Below, in pieces: positions 23,908 through 34,239 of a stretch of DNA of 34,239 nt. Position numbers and translations under genes: made by a program. The notes under the pieces are model-generated. The model did no database searches. It was not told where the DNA came from and saw only the letters and a program-made list of their open reading frames with translations. The DNA lies in the NCBI GenBank assembly GCA_009602735.1, contig WELA01003378.1:251712-285950 (forward strand), given 5' to 3'. This stretch comes from Mesotaenium endlicherianum. Taxonomy: Eukaryota. How positions within the stretch are numbered: position 1 is the first letter of the stretch; the number at the start of each line of letters is the position of its first letter.

Positions 23908-26757
23908 CTAAAACTGTCTCGGTGTTTCGAGTGCAGTCACTTTGACAGTGGTGGGGATAAAAATGACCATTTTTGTCAGTTTATCCACGACTACCAGTAT
24001 TGAATCATGCCCATTGGCCGTTCTTGGTAGTGAGACCACCCAGTCCATGGATATAGTTTCCCAGCGTCCAGCTGGGATGGGCAGCGGTTGCAAGAGACCT
24101 CCAGGTGGTGTGTGCCGAGACTTATTTCTTTGACACTGGTCACAGGACATGACATATTTCAAGACCTCCCGGGGTAATCCCTCCCAATGATAATGTTTTG
24201 CCAGTTTGCCAACCGTTTTGGCCCGCCCCAAGTGTCCACCCAGGAGATTGTCATGAGCTTGACTCAGTAAGAGAGATCTTATTTCCAAGTCGTTAGGAAT
24301 GACCAGCTTCAGCCTGCCTGAAGTGGTTTCAGTCACCCAGACCCCTCCCTTGAGCTTATACCCGAGTGCAGTAGCACGACACATACCAGTAGTGGGGCTG
24401 GGCTCAAATGTTGGGTCAGAAAGGTAGGCTTTCCTAAGTTGTTCAAGGAAGGACTTTTTCACCTTTAGTGAAGTGAGTGCACACAGGACTTTATCTACAG
24501 CATGCTGACTAAAGTTCCTTTCTTGCAAGTCAGGTCTTCTAGAGAGTGCATCAGCAGGATTCAACGTCCCTGGTTTGTAGTCGATCTGGACTTGGAACTG
24601 CTCCAGCATCTGGCTCCAGCGGTTGTCCCTCCTCGACAGCTTGGACTTCTTCTGAAAGTGAGTCAGAGCTAGATGATCTGTAATCACTTTAAAAGCTTTA
24701 CCATGTAAGTATGCTCTCCACTGTTTGAGTACATGAATGATAGCTAGCAGCTCTTTATCATGCAGTGAGTACTTCATCTCCACTGGATTAAATTTCATAG
24801 ACTCATACAACACAGGATGCCACTCCTGCCGCACCTTACCATCCTTTGTGGTTTTGTCAGCAGGCTGCAACAAAATAGCACCCATGGCAAAATCAGAGGC
24901 ATCAGTAACCACCTGCACCGGTTTGCTGGGGTCATACACGGCTAGCACTGGGGCAGAACAAAGGGCATCTTTAAGGGTCTGGAAGGCAGCCTGCTGCTCT
25001 TCCCCCCACACATACCCGATGTCTTTCTTAGTAAGGTCAGTCAGTTTACTGGCCTTTGTGGAATAATTCTCAATAAATCTCCTATAGTAGTTAGCCAACC
25101 CGAGGAAGGATCTAACTTCAGAGACACACTGTGGTACTGGCCAGTCCCTTATGGTCTGGACTTTCTTAGGATCCACACTGATGCCCTCTTTACTGACAAC
25201 GTGGCCTAAGAATTCAATACTTTCCTTAAAGAAATCACACTTGCTCATTTTAGCATATAAGTGATTTTTCCGCAGAGTGTCCAGGAGTGTTTTTAAGTGT
25301 TCAATGTGCTGAGCTTCATCTTTAGATAAAATTAAAATATCATCCAGGAAAACTTGCACAAGCTTTTCCAAATAAGGTCTGAAAATGTCATTCATAGCAC
25401 CCATGAAGGTGGCAGGAGCATTAGTCAGTCCAAATGGCATTTCTTTGAACTCATAGTGTCCATAACGTGTACGGAAGGCAGTCTTGTGTTCATCCCCCTC
25501 AGCAATTCTGATTTGATGATAACCACTCTTGAGATCTATCTTACTGAACACCTTAGCACCAGACAGGGTATCAAGCAAGTCCTCGATTCTGGGTAAAGCA
25601 TACTTGTTCTTTACTGTAATTCTGTTCAGGGCTCTGTAATCCACACACATCCGCATACTGCCATTCTTATTCTTAACAAATAGGATGGGTGCGCCGTACG
25701 GTGACTTACTGGGAGAAATATAACCATTTTCCTCAAGCTCTGCAATCTGTGTTTTCAACTCCTCGCTCTCCACATACAAGCCATACGTGCGTTGCCAAGG
25801 TGCCTGACTCCCAGGTAATAAATCAATCCTATGATCTACTTCCTGCTCGGGGGGTAGTTCTGGAGGCATATTAAACACATCCGTGTACTGAGCAATAACG
25901 TTTGCAGCAGTAGGGTGCTCCGGAGGGCTTACCTTTTTCTCCACCATTTCTCCAGGTTGAGGAGGTACCTCTCTTAGCAGCAGACATAACATTCTGTCTT
26001 CCTTCTGGTTCCAGCTTTTGACGAACTCCATTGCATTCAGCAACTTGCATCCTTCTGGAAGCCTCTTGTTTTCCTTCATTTGCCATCCACACAGGACAAG
26101 AGGAAGAGCACTGGTGGGTGCCAAGTCAGTCTGCCCATCACTGGCTCCTCTCACTTTAACTGTACCTCTGCTCCAACACACTTCAGCTTGATGTCTATTA
26201 AGCCAGGACCTGCCTAGCACGAGATCATAAAAGCCAGTGTTGAGTACCTCAAATGTAAGCGTTTCAGTTAGAACTGCAATGCCAGAACCTAACTGGACCT
26301 CAATAGGCTTGGTTATAACTCCTCTCGGGATACTTGAGGCACCTCCAAGGAATATTTTTCTATTCCCTTGGGTGACAGTAGGCAGCCTTAGCCGCTTACC
26401 TAAGTCCTTGTGGATAAAAGTATGTGACGCCCCTCCGTCAACAAATGCCCTCACCTTCCTACCTGCAATCATGCAATGCAGTAGGATAGGGGGGACTGTC
26501 TTTTCCTGACTTTCGCATTGTTCTCCTGACTTAGCAAAGAAATGTTGGACATCAGGTGGAACAAGAGCATCCAGAGTGTGCACTCTCTGGACGTCTATAT
26601 TACTGATGGTCTCCTTTATCTGTTTGTCAGGCATGCATAGTGAATCCAGTTCAGCAGGACCCATAATACCTGCTACGAGGGCAGCTAGTGACGACTCACT
26701 ATCTCTAGCATCCTCACAGTCAGTAGACTGGATTACTGACTGTTGCTGTCTTTTAAA
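23908..26757 (-). CDS. pol: pol polyprotein (PR, RT, RNase H, N-half of integrase); truncated; probably reached by -1 frameshift from gag
   Basis: 918-aa [64 protein letters not shown]...CDQC; SMDWV; frame stays open up to 26778. Confidence 0.93.
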   Translation of the reverse strand, partial: FKRQQQSVIQSTDCEDARDSESSLAALVAGIMGPAELDSLCMPDKQIKETISNIDVQRVHTLDALVPPDVQHFFAKSGEQCESQEKTVPPILLHCMIAGRKVRAFVDGGASHTFIHKDLGKRLRLPTVTQGNRKIFLGGASSIPRGVITKPIEVQLGSGIAVLTETLTFEVLNTGFYDLVLGRSWLNRHQAEVCWSRGTVKVRGASDGQTDLAPTSALPLVLCGWQMKENKRLPEGCKLLNAMEFVKSWNQKEDRMLCLLLREVPPQPGEMVEKKVSPPEHPTAANVIAQYTDVFNMPPELPPEQEVDHRIDLLPGSQAPWQRTYGLYVESEELKTQIAELEENGYISPSKSPYGAPILFVKNKNGSMRMCVDYRALNRITVKNKYALPRIEDLLDTLSGAKVFSKIDLKSGYHQIRIAEGDEHKTAFRTRYGHYEFKEMPFGLTNAPATFMGAMNDIFRPYLEKLVQVFLDDILILSKDEAQHIEHLKTLLDTLRKNHLYAKMSKCDFFKESIEFLGHVVSKEGISVDPKKVQTIRDWPVPQCVSEVRSFLGLANYYRRFIENYSTKASKLTDLTKKDIGYVWGEEQQAAFQTLKDALCSAPVLAVYDPSKPVQVVTDASDFAMGAILLQPADKTTKDGKVRQEWHPVLYESMKFNPVEMKYSLHDKELLAIIHVLKQWRAYLHGKAFKVITDHLALTHFQKKSKLSRRDNRWSQMLEQFQVQIDYKPGTLNPADALSRRPDLQERNFSQHAVDKVLCALTSLKVKKSFLEQLRKAYLSDPTFEPSPTTGMCRATALGYKLKGGVWVTETTSGRLKLVIPNDLEIRSLLLSQAHDNLLGGHLGRAKTVGKLAKHYHWEGLPREVLKYVMSCDQCQRNKSRHTPPGGLLQPLPIPAGRWETISMDWVVSLPRTANGHDSILVVVDKLTKMVIFIPTTVKVTALETPRQF
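26716..26757 (-). promoter_or_regulatory. Predicted -1 ribosomal frameshift signal
   Basis: U UUA AAA (26757-26751) in the gag frame, 7-nt spacer, 10-bp stem ACAGUCAGUA/UACUGACUGU with 8-nt loop. Confidence 0.8.
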
Positions 26758-28211
26758 GGCTGGTCTTTTCTCTCGACCTTAGGCAGGTGCTTGACCGGAC
26801 ACTGTTCTCTGTAGTGGCCTTTCTGCTGACAATGGTAGCAAGTAGATTTTGCTGAGGCTGGTCTCGGCTTAGTCCTACCACCACCCCTTCCATAGCCACC
26901 TCGAGAGGGACCACCTCTACCTCTAGACTGAATAGCATTGTACTCATACTCATATTCATCACCCTGATTATCCTCAGCCTGGTCTCCTTCAACTGCATTG
27001 TAGGAACCGTGGGGCTTTTTGACAATCTTAGACACCAAAGCGTTACTCTGGCGCTTGTGATTGAACTGCTGTTGATCCCAGGCGTTAGCATCCTGGATCA
27101 AGTTAGCCAGTTTCTCATACTTTTTCTGAGCAAAATGACCAGAGACCTCGGATTTCAAGCCATACCTGAAGTATGCTATCCTATACCGTTCTGGCAAATC
27201 TGGCTGCTTCATCATGTTCTCTTGGAACTTTTGAGCAAACTCAGCAACTGAAGTGGTCTGCTTCAGTGTCAGGGAGATCATCGCATAGATAGCTTTCTCC
27301 TGCTGGTTGATGACATCAAACTTCTCATGCAACTTCTCGACAAACTCTACCCACGTAGGGTCACCGAGTTGCCGAGCCTTACGCTCTTCCTTCCAGTAAA
27401 GCCACCAGTCTGCGGCACTGCCTTTCAGTAGCGCACCGGTGTGCCTGACCTTCTCGTGATCTTGCAGTTCTGGGTAGTTCTCCAGCCACTGCTCAACATC
27501 CGCGAGAAACTTGATCAGGTAATATTTTCTGTTTCCCTCAGAACCATATTCCTGGGGAGGTTTCGGCTTGGGCTTACTAGGCCCTCGGCCACCACCACTA
27601 GTGGTTTGAGACCCCAGTTGGTCTCTGTCCCGCAGTAGGGACATTATGATTCTTTTGTCCTCCTGCTGGGACTGATACATGGTCGCCATTTGCGACTGCA
27701 TCTGAACGAACAATGCTCCCAAGTCTACATTTTGGGGTGGTAGATTAGCAAATGCAGCAGCAGCATTGGCATCTACTCGCTGAGTAGTGTCCTCAACAAT
27801 CCCTCTCGCTCCTGCAGCAGCAATTCCTGCCGCATTCAGCCGGTCACGTATTTGACCTAGGGGTACATTGAGTTGTACAGCAGGGGGTGGATTCTGAACA
27901 TTGGCCCTTGATGCCATAAGTTCTTCAACAGTGCGCTCGTCAGCTGGCTGTCCTTCCCTCCTTTCTGTATCTTCAGCGGCCATTGCTACTTGTTCAGCTT
28001 CTAATCTGGCTCTCTCCTCCTCAGCTTGCTGTGCTGCGACTGCGGCAATAGCAGCTGCCTCATCTGCAGCCTCTCTAACTATAGTATCTGCTACTGCTTC
28101 AGAATAGGTACGGGTTCTCGCTACATGGCTTTCCGCCTGGTTTTTGACATTCTCGTTATCCTGGTTCTCCATGTCTTGGGAGTTGCTAGTTTGAGACCTT
28201 GTCCTTACCAT
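26733..28211 (-). CDS. gag: Gag (492 aa)
   Basis: [43 protein letters not shown] tract; [14 protein letters not shown] zinc knuckle. Confidence 0.95.
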   Translation of the reverse strand: MVRTRSQTSNSQDMENQDNENVKNQAESHVARTRTYSEAVADTIVREAADEAAAIAAVAAQQAEEERARLEAEQVAMAAEDTERREGQPADERTVEELMASRANVQNPPPAVQLNVPLGQIRDRLNAAGIAAAGARGIVEDTTQRVDANAAAAFANLPPQNVDLGALFVQMQSQMATMYQSQQEDKRIIMSLLRDRDQLGSQTTSGGGRGPSKPKPKPPQEYGSEGNRKYYLIKFLADVEQWLENYPELQDHEKVRHTGALLKGSAADWWLYWKEERKARQLGDPTWVEFVEKLHEKFDVINQQEKAIYAMISLTLKQTTSVAEFAQKFQENMMKQPDLPERYRIAYFRYGLKSEVSGHFAQKKYEKLANLIQDANAWDQQQFNHKRQSNALVSKIVKKPHGSYNAVEGDQAEDNQGDEYEYEYNAIQSRGRGGPSRGGYGRGGGRTKPRPASAKSTCYHCQQKGHYREQCPVKHLPKVERKDQPLKDSNSQ

Positions 28212-28232
28212 ACAAAGAAGATTGTGATAACT

Positions 28233-28244
28233 GCTCCGATACCA
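28233..28244 (-). promoter_or_regulatory. PBS, tRNA-iMet type (TGGTATCGGAGC)
   Basis: 1 nt from the LTR end, about 22 nt before the gag ATG. Confidence 0.9.
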
Positions 28245-28245
28245 C

Positions 28246-28975
28246 TGAAATGAATCGCCTTAACAAATAGACGATTTACAATTAATAAAGATCCTTATAT
28301 GGACAAGTAATCTTTATGGTAATTTCCGTTAACTGGTTAAACGGCAAAGGACAACACACTAGCAGTGAATAATACTCGTAAGTCAAATGTGAGTAAACTA
28401 GCATCAATAATGCAAATCAGTAAACTCATACATAAGCAAGGTTAGAAGACAGTGCGTATCAATGGCTTCTCGCCTTGGATTCAGATCTCTCTCAGTAAGC
28501 TGTACAAGAGAGTTGGCCTCGTTTTCGAATGCCGAACTCAAGAGCAATGCCTAGCATATGTACATGGAATGAGTTTACTGTTCAACGGTCAGTGCGATGG
28601 CACCGCCTACCCGGGAGTTAACCACGTTGGTAGGACCTCGGTTAACCAAATCCACCGCCATCTCCCATCATCCCGAATAGCCATCCATCATAGGGATGTC
28701 ATCTGGCCATTCATCTAGCATATCACACTTAGAAGCATATCGAGGCAGTTTGCTGCTACCGAGTACGGAAGTCAGCTGGCTGTCAAAGAATGTGTCAGCA
28801 AGCNGAGCAAGCTGACTTAAGGTAACCTCAGCTTGCTACTTCCGGCCGAGTCATTAAACTGATATTAAGTATAAAGTCCAGCAGACTGATCATTAACTAG
28901 AGTTCAGCAAGCTGAACTTATTTAACTATATTATTTAAATGAATATTATGTCAACCAATATACTGATTCATTACA
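28246..28975 (-). repeat. 5' LTR (730 bp, including 9 extra bp around an N at 28804)
   Basis: TG...CA ends; followed by TSD CCCAA. Confidence 0.97.
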
Positions 28976-28980
28976 CCCAA

Positions 28981-29991
28981 GCTAGGGAGCGGGTCGTCAT
29001 TCTTGCCAAGCGCTGAGGAGATCCGCTTAACCTGCTATTGACTTCTCGCACGTTTCGCAATCAGACAGAAATATGCATCTGTGCCCATCACAGCTTGGTG
29101 GTGAAGACAGAGTACTAGGGAGTGTGAGTATCGGGATTGAATGAGGCATCGCCTTACAAGGGATACAGCCTCTGTCCGACAGTCACGTGCGTGAACTCCA
29201 ACCTCCTCGTCGTGGCAGAGAAGGTGGGCCGCACCTCTCGCCTCCAGGTTCTAGGCGTGGAGGACATAGAGACCCTGCAAGAATTCCCAGTTGGCTGGAC
29301 GAATTGTATGGCCCACGCAAAGCGTCATCTTTACCACTTAGGTAATGCCATTTCGGTAGGCCATTCGGTATGGATCGAGAGTAGAATATCTCATGCCTAC
29401 GAAGACAAGTACAAATTTAGCAAGGACCCGCCGTTGCACGAGGTGGCCGCCTGGCCGAAGGCTGCCTGGCAGATGCAGAGAGGTGATTTTAGGATACATC
29501 AGGTGATCCACGTGTCGACGCTGGTTGATGCACCTCCCGTTGCTCCCATACCCGGTTCTCTCGTGCATAGGTCAATCGAGGAACAAAGGTGCGCTAAGAG
29601 CAAACTCGTGCGGTGGTTGAATTGGCCACGGTGTGACAAGGAGTGGGCAAGCATTGGAAGCGTGGCACAGCCCCTGAGACACGCGTTGCTGGCGACGTGT
29701 AGTGCGTCCCTCTGCCAAGCGGCCAACGATGCGCTGTCCACACGCAGTGAGCCCTGCGCTACGCCACAAGTCGAGGGTGGCCTCACGAACAAACAGTGGG
29801 CCTCGCTCAACCTGCTGTCTACTGGAAGGCTAAAGCCCGTGAGAGGCAGCTGTGGTGCCCTGAGGTGCGCACTGCCTTTGGGCCACTTTGTGGAGGAGGA
29901 GATTAGACTAAATAAAGACTCAGGTCATCTTACTTGTGACACGTGGCTTTCTGGGGAAAAGTGCACATGGCGAGCATCAGCACAAGTGTAA
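28981..29991 (+). pseudogene. C5 DNA cytosine methyltransferase, 3' half (rest of VIII, target-recognition region, IX, X, C-terminal extension)
   Basis: (PQ)ARERVVILA; LGVEDIETLQEFPVGWT (IX); LYHLGNAISVGHSVWI (X); a single frame with stops at 29014, 29116 and 29125. Confidence 0.9.
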
Positions 29992-30812
29992 TAGAAAGCA
30001 TGTGAGCACGCTGGTGGGGATTGACGGCCTTCACTGGCAGAGAGGAAACAAGTATCCCAGTATCTATAAGGACAGGTGCTCGATAGGACTCTTTTGATGA
30101 CGGCACCCAGTGTGTGGGAGGAAGTTAAAATAGCACTTTGTAGTTTGCCATGAGTATGTTGTGACGTTTCTTAGTGGGTGATTTGCTTCTACTAGTGATC
30201 ATTTGAGTGACGATTATTTGGAATGCTGCCAGACTTGATCATGCGCTGAATTCACTACACAAAACTCAGAGGTAGAGTACCCTGTCGGAAAGTACTGGAC
30301 CTCAACCTCATACTCAATGCTTGTTGGTGTGCTGGAACTCAATTGAACAAGCAGCTGTGATTTCATATGTGCTGGGCTCTTGTGATACAACTTCCACGAG
30401 GCCACTAAGAAACAACTGGCTTCTGCTGCGGGATATCATTAACTTTTCTAAATCTGCTCAATCCCAGGGGGGAGAGACATGATCCTGAATACCTATCAAA
30501 CACACTGGCACCTGTACACGAGTAGGCGATACAATACAAGGGACTCTAGTTACAACCATCGCAGTATTCCAAGGACCTTCCCCTGCATAACTACCCTCAA
30601 CTATGACAACTAGCAGCATTGTTGGATTCAGCCGGCTGGAATGAAGAATCAGATTGACAACCGCGCGAAATGGGACTAATCCTAAACAGCCCCCAGGACG
30701 GAGTCAAGTAGGGAGGCAATTTTGCCTTCTTGGTCTGTACAATGTTTGCTTCCAACGACAGGCTGGGGTTGTTGACCACAAAGGTTGTACACTTTTCGGA
30801 AAGAGCTGCGGT

Positions 30813-31273
30813 TGTAAGGTCATAGGTTTATATGGTGCATTTTTGAGTTTCATGAAAGAAAATTCTGATTGTATAGTATTGTAGAGTTTCTTTTTTTGGT
30901 CATTTTGATTTAAAGTTCATTGAATTTGGTCAAGTATTGAGAGAGTTATGGATTTCCAAAGTTTAATTAGTGTTGAGGTCGGTTGACGACTGTCCCTAAT
31001 TCGTGGTGAGCGCGACCGTCGGATTGACCGACAGCGTCGAGCGATCTGGGCCGTTAGAGTGAATTCGAACCTTCACGTAAGTTTGGCTGACGCGGAGTGC
31101 CGACTAGGTCGATTTACCAAGAAGTTTCGGATTAGCCTAGCGCGTCTAAGTTAATATATTCCAGATATTTTGATGCATGCATGTGAACGTCAAATCGGCC
31201 CGACACGTCAGATGAGACTGATCTGGCTTTCTCACGAATATTCTAGAAGGAACCATTTGACAAACACGTGGAA
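30813..31273 (+). repeat. Partial family B LTR
   Basis: Starts tgtaaggtcata; reverse-complement homolog of 9961-10422. Confidence 0.88.
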
Positions 31274-31536
31274 TGCCTGCACTCATAACATGGAAGTTGA
31301 GCCCTTTCTAAGACCGTGTGGCCAACAAGCAGAGTCAGTCGACAGTCTCGCATGCACATGCTCTCAAGGGGTCAGGAGGCTGTGTACCTCTCATGGAGTT
31401 TTGGCTTTCTTCTTGGCGGTTGTGGCCGGGGACAGATTGGAGTTCCTTGCCGGTCCCTTGCACACCGGTGCTTCTGTTAACAGGGATGCTAGCCTTCTCT
31501 TCTGCTCCAATAATTGCAAACATCCAAATAGCACGT

Positions 31537-31551
31537 GAGAGAGAGAGAGAG

Positions 31552-31616
<65 letters not shown>

Positions 31617-31699
31617 NNNNNNNNNNNNNNNNNNNNNNNNNNNNNNNNNNNNNNNNNNNNNNNNNNNNNNNNNNNNNNNNNNNNNNNNNNNNNNNNNNN

Positions 31700-31730
<31 letters not shown>
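31537..31730. repeat. (GA)n microsatellite spanning an assembly gap (N 31617-31699)
   Basis: Seen directly. Confidence 0.99.
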
Positions 31731-31732
<2 letters not shown>

Positions 31733-31827
31733 TTGGGCCACTGTTAAGCTAACAAGCAGACCAAAGGAATTGAGCAACACAGGCCATTTTACACATGCAC
31801 TTGCACATGGACAAAGTCGTGTCTGTC

Positions 31828-32462
31828 ATGGCATCAACATCAGACAAGGGCAAAGCTCCATTATTAGAACCTGAGAGATCACAGGGAGATGTAGTGCCGG
31901 CTGTGGATGTAGTGGCAGCTCTCGAGCCAATTGATGACGATCCAGTTGTGGAGATGGGGCCAAATAGGACAAGAGAGTTTAATAGAGTCACAAATGATAT
32001 TGCCCAATGGAAGAAGGAGTTAGTACAGATGTCTGAAAAAGCCTCATACGATTTGGGTAAATTCCGAGACTTGAGATCAGAAGCAATTCTGTCCCACAGA
32101 AAGTGTCTGGGTGACATATGGGCACCCAAACGCGTGCAAAAATAACTGTTGAAGCTGAGGGTGAGGATGTTGCTGTGGAAGAAAGCGGTTTAAGATTCAA
32201 CATGTGCTCTGTCTGCTACATGGGAGGAGTGGAGGTAGGCAATTCTTGATGTGAAGGACTTGAGGTGGACAATTCCTGTGTTGTTTGTGCCCAACATGCA
32301 ATGGCAGGTAGTTTTGCCACTTTTGCGCCTCCATCTAACACACTAAATGCTACTGTGGATGTGCAGTTGTGGAGGGCAGGGTCGGAGGATGATGATGGTG
32401 CAACCTGGAAGCAGAGAGCGATTGGAAGCTGTGTAGGGTGAGGGCCTTTTACGAGGTCCTAA
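31828..32462 (+). pseudogene. Degenerate ORF of unknown function, probably TE-associated
   Basis: MASTSDKGKAP...; after a probable frameshift in the A-run at ~32140 it continues with CSVC and CVVC motifs. Confidence 0.35.
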
Positions 32463-33726
32463 TAGTTGTTAATATGTGGCCCTTACTGTTGCAAGGCCCC
32501 TCTTTGAGCTCCTTGTACAGTAGTTCATATTGTTTTACGGGCAGGTTACAATAGTTGCAGCACTAGCGTCTGAGTCAAATATTTGTACATACGCTTTTGA
32601 GAAGCTTGTGTTAGGGGTGTAGGCGCCTTGTTGCTACAGAGTAGCATCATTTTATCCTCCTCACTTTTGGGGATGTATGCAGTCGAAGTAACGGTTGAAA
32701 ATCGAATCACCTTCATGCCTCCTCCAGTGCACATGCGTGGTTGTGTGAAGTTGAGTGACGAATAACGTAGAGTAATATAATATCAGAAAGTATGCATGTG
32801 TACTTGTGTTAGTGTCCTGCACTGCAGCACTTGGAGTCTCTGCGCCTAGCAAATTTGCGGTGTGCATCATGGAATCAGTGTATGTTACTAAGAACAGCAC
32901 CTGTGGACAAGAGTTTTATTCTTTATTTTATTAAAACAATGTACAAGTTGTGGTCCTGCACCATATACTCTAGTACTCCAAATCTTCTTCCGACAAATAT
33001 TTCCGCCATACTGTTGCATTAGCTTTCTACACATGCTGCCAGAGCATCTCTTTTAGCACCTCTTATTGTACACAGGCCTTTGGCACTCCTCTTGCTCCCG
33101 CCTTGTTCAGTCCACAGCAAGCAGCTCCACAGCACGCAGCTCCCGGGGCTTCGTTTTGTAATCAGAGTCTGCTCAGTGCAAATGAAACGGGTGACAATGT
33201 ATCTTCCAGTGGCCCCAATATTGGCATGCTATCATCCCTCACAAGCGCTCCAGTTTCTTCAACTCACAATCATGTGTAGACCTACTCTCGTGCAGATTTT
33301 CACGAGAGGTGCACCATTGATGCTGAACTCTTGAGACATGTGTGCATCAGCGAACTTGCGTGCAACAGGGAGTCCAATCGCTCTTTTGCCCACCTGAGCT
33401 TGTCGTCTCTACCTCACTGAGCTGTGTTGCCATGTCCTCTTTTTCCACGGAGAACACGCGGCGTTCCTTTTGCTGCTGGTTCTTCTTAGTTGTTGGAGCA
33501 GCGGAACCCCCGCCTAAAGTTGCAGCCTGCTTCATTTTCTTGTTTGTCTGGGCTGACTTCCTAGCTGGAGGCCTCCTACGTGGCGGCGCTTTGAATTTTC
33601 GCGTCCTTTTCTTTAAACTGGTCGAACACGTACCAGTTGAGGCATCTTGTTCACGAGTAAAACTGTAGTTTTTGGGTGAATGCATTTGGGGTACACTTAA
33701 CCAGGAGGACAGGAGTTGTTGTGGAG

Positions 33727-34239
33727 ATGCCAAGGATATTGGGTAGTGGTAAAGCACCACATCAAAACGAGAAAGTACAATGCACTCAATGTGGAGAATG
33801 GAGGAGGTAAAGAGTGGTTCGTCATCATGCGTGTAAAGCCGAATCAGCTGATGAAGAAGGATTGCGCAGAGAACAAGAGTGGGCAAGCCATGTTGAAGAG
33901 AGTGATGAGAGAGCACGCCTTAGTGAGGCAGATGAGGCACGCCGACAATTAGGGGAGCAAGAGGAAGATCTCAGGCAAGCGCAAATAGAAGCCTCAGAAG
34001 CAGCGCGCAAGGATGCTTAAGAGCACAAGAGACAGCCAAAAGACTAGCTGATTTAGCACTACAGGCAGAGGTACGAGAACAGCAGGCAGCTGTGCGGGCA
34101 TCGGAGAGGGCTGCCGAGGCTACAGCACACGCAGCAGGAAATTTAGCTTTGAACCGTAGTGACGAAATCATATTAGAGGCCACAGAGAAAGAGTGGGGGA
34201 AGTTCACCAGCGCAACGTGCTTTTGCAAGTGTGGCTACG
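33727..34239 (+). pseudogene. Degenerate ORF with zinc-finger-like start and coiled coil; runs off the window
   Basis: MPRILGSGKAPHQNEKVQCTQCGEWRR*RVVRHHAC, E/A/R-rich helix, then CFCKC; one frame with two stops. Confidence 0.45.

Larger units (their letters stand above)
21334..28975 (-). mobile_element. Ty3/Gypsy family A element with both LTRs and TSD CCCAA; internal deletion of the integrase C-terminal half
   Basis: CCCAA at 21329-21333 and 28976-28980; LTRs, PBS, PPT, gag, pol and ORF3 all present. Confidence 0.97.

Noticed and set aside
26420..26450. Protease active site DGG instead of DSG/DTG
   Set aside because: DGG variants occur in plant Gypsy proteases, so this is not unusual enough to report.
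28797..28815. 9-bp duplication in the 5' LTR
   Set aside because: It is centred on a single N, so most likely an assembly join artefact.
30000..30812. A gene downstream of the methyltransferase
   Set aside because: The frames I read have multiple stops and no recognisable motif, so no call can be supported.
31731..31745. TGTTGG after the (GA)n tract as a Copia LTR start
   Set aside because: No matching end, PBS, second LTR or Copia coding sequence was found.

Overview
Eukaryotic (plant or streptophyte-alga-like) heterochromatic repeat nest with no intact host gene. It contains four insertions of one Ty3/Gypsy chromovirus-type LTR family ('family A': 720-745 bp LTRs, tRNA-iMet PBS, gag/-1 frameshift/pol). 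One has both LTRs and a perfect CCCAA target duplication (21334-28975). Family A carries an uncharacterised ~580-codon third ORF between pol and the 3' LTR that is conserved between diverged copies. Also present: a second Gypsy remnant whose integrase ends in a PHD finger, a solo LTR and a partial LTR of a third family, a chromovirus integrase fragment, and an intron-containing hAT (BED/DUF659-type) transposase pseudogene. The most notable feature is a prokaryote-type C5 DNA cytosine methyltransferase pseudogene (about 20390-21333 plus 28981-29991). It is split exactly in motif VIII by the complete retrotransposon and lies just inside a palindrome-rich, transposon-end-like sequence at 19622 that truncates the hAT, suggesting a DNA transposon carrying a methyltransferase. 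There is an assembly gap at 31617-31699. All calls come from motif recognition by eye; no searches were run.
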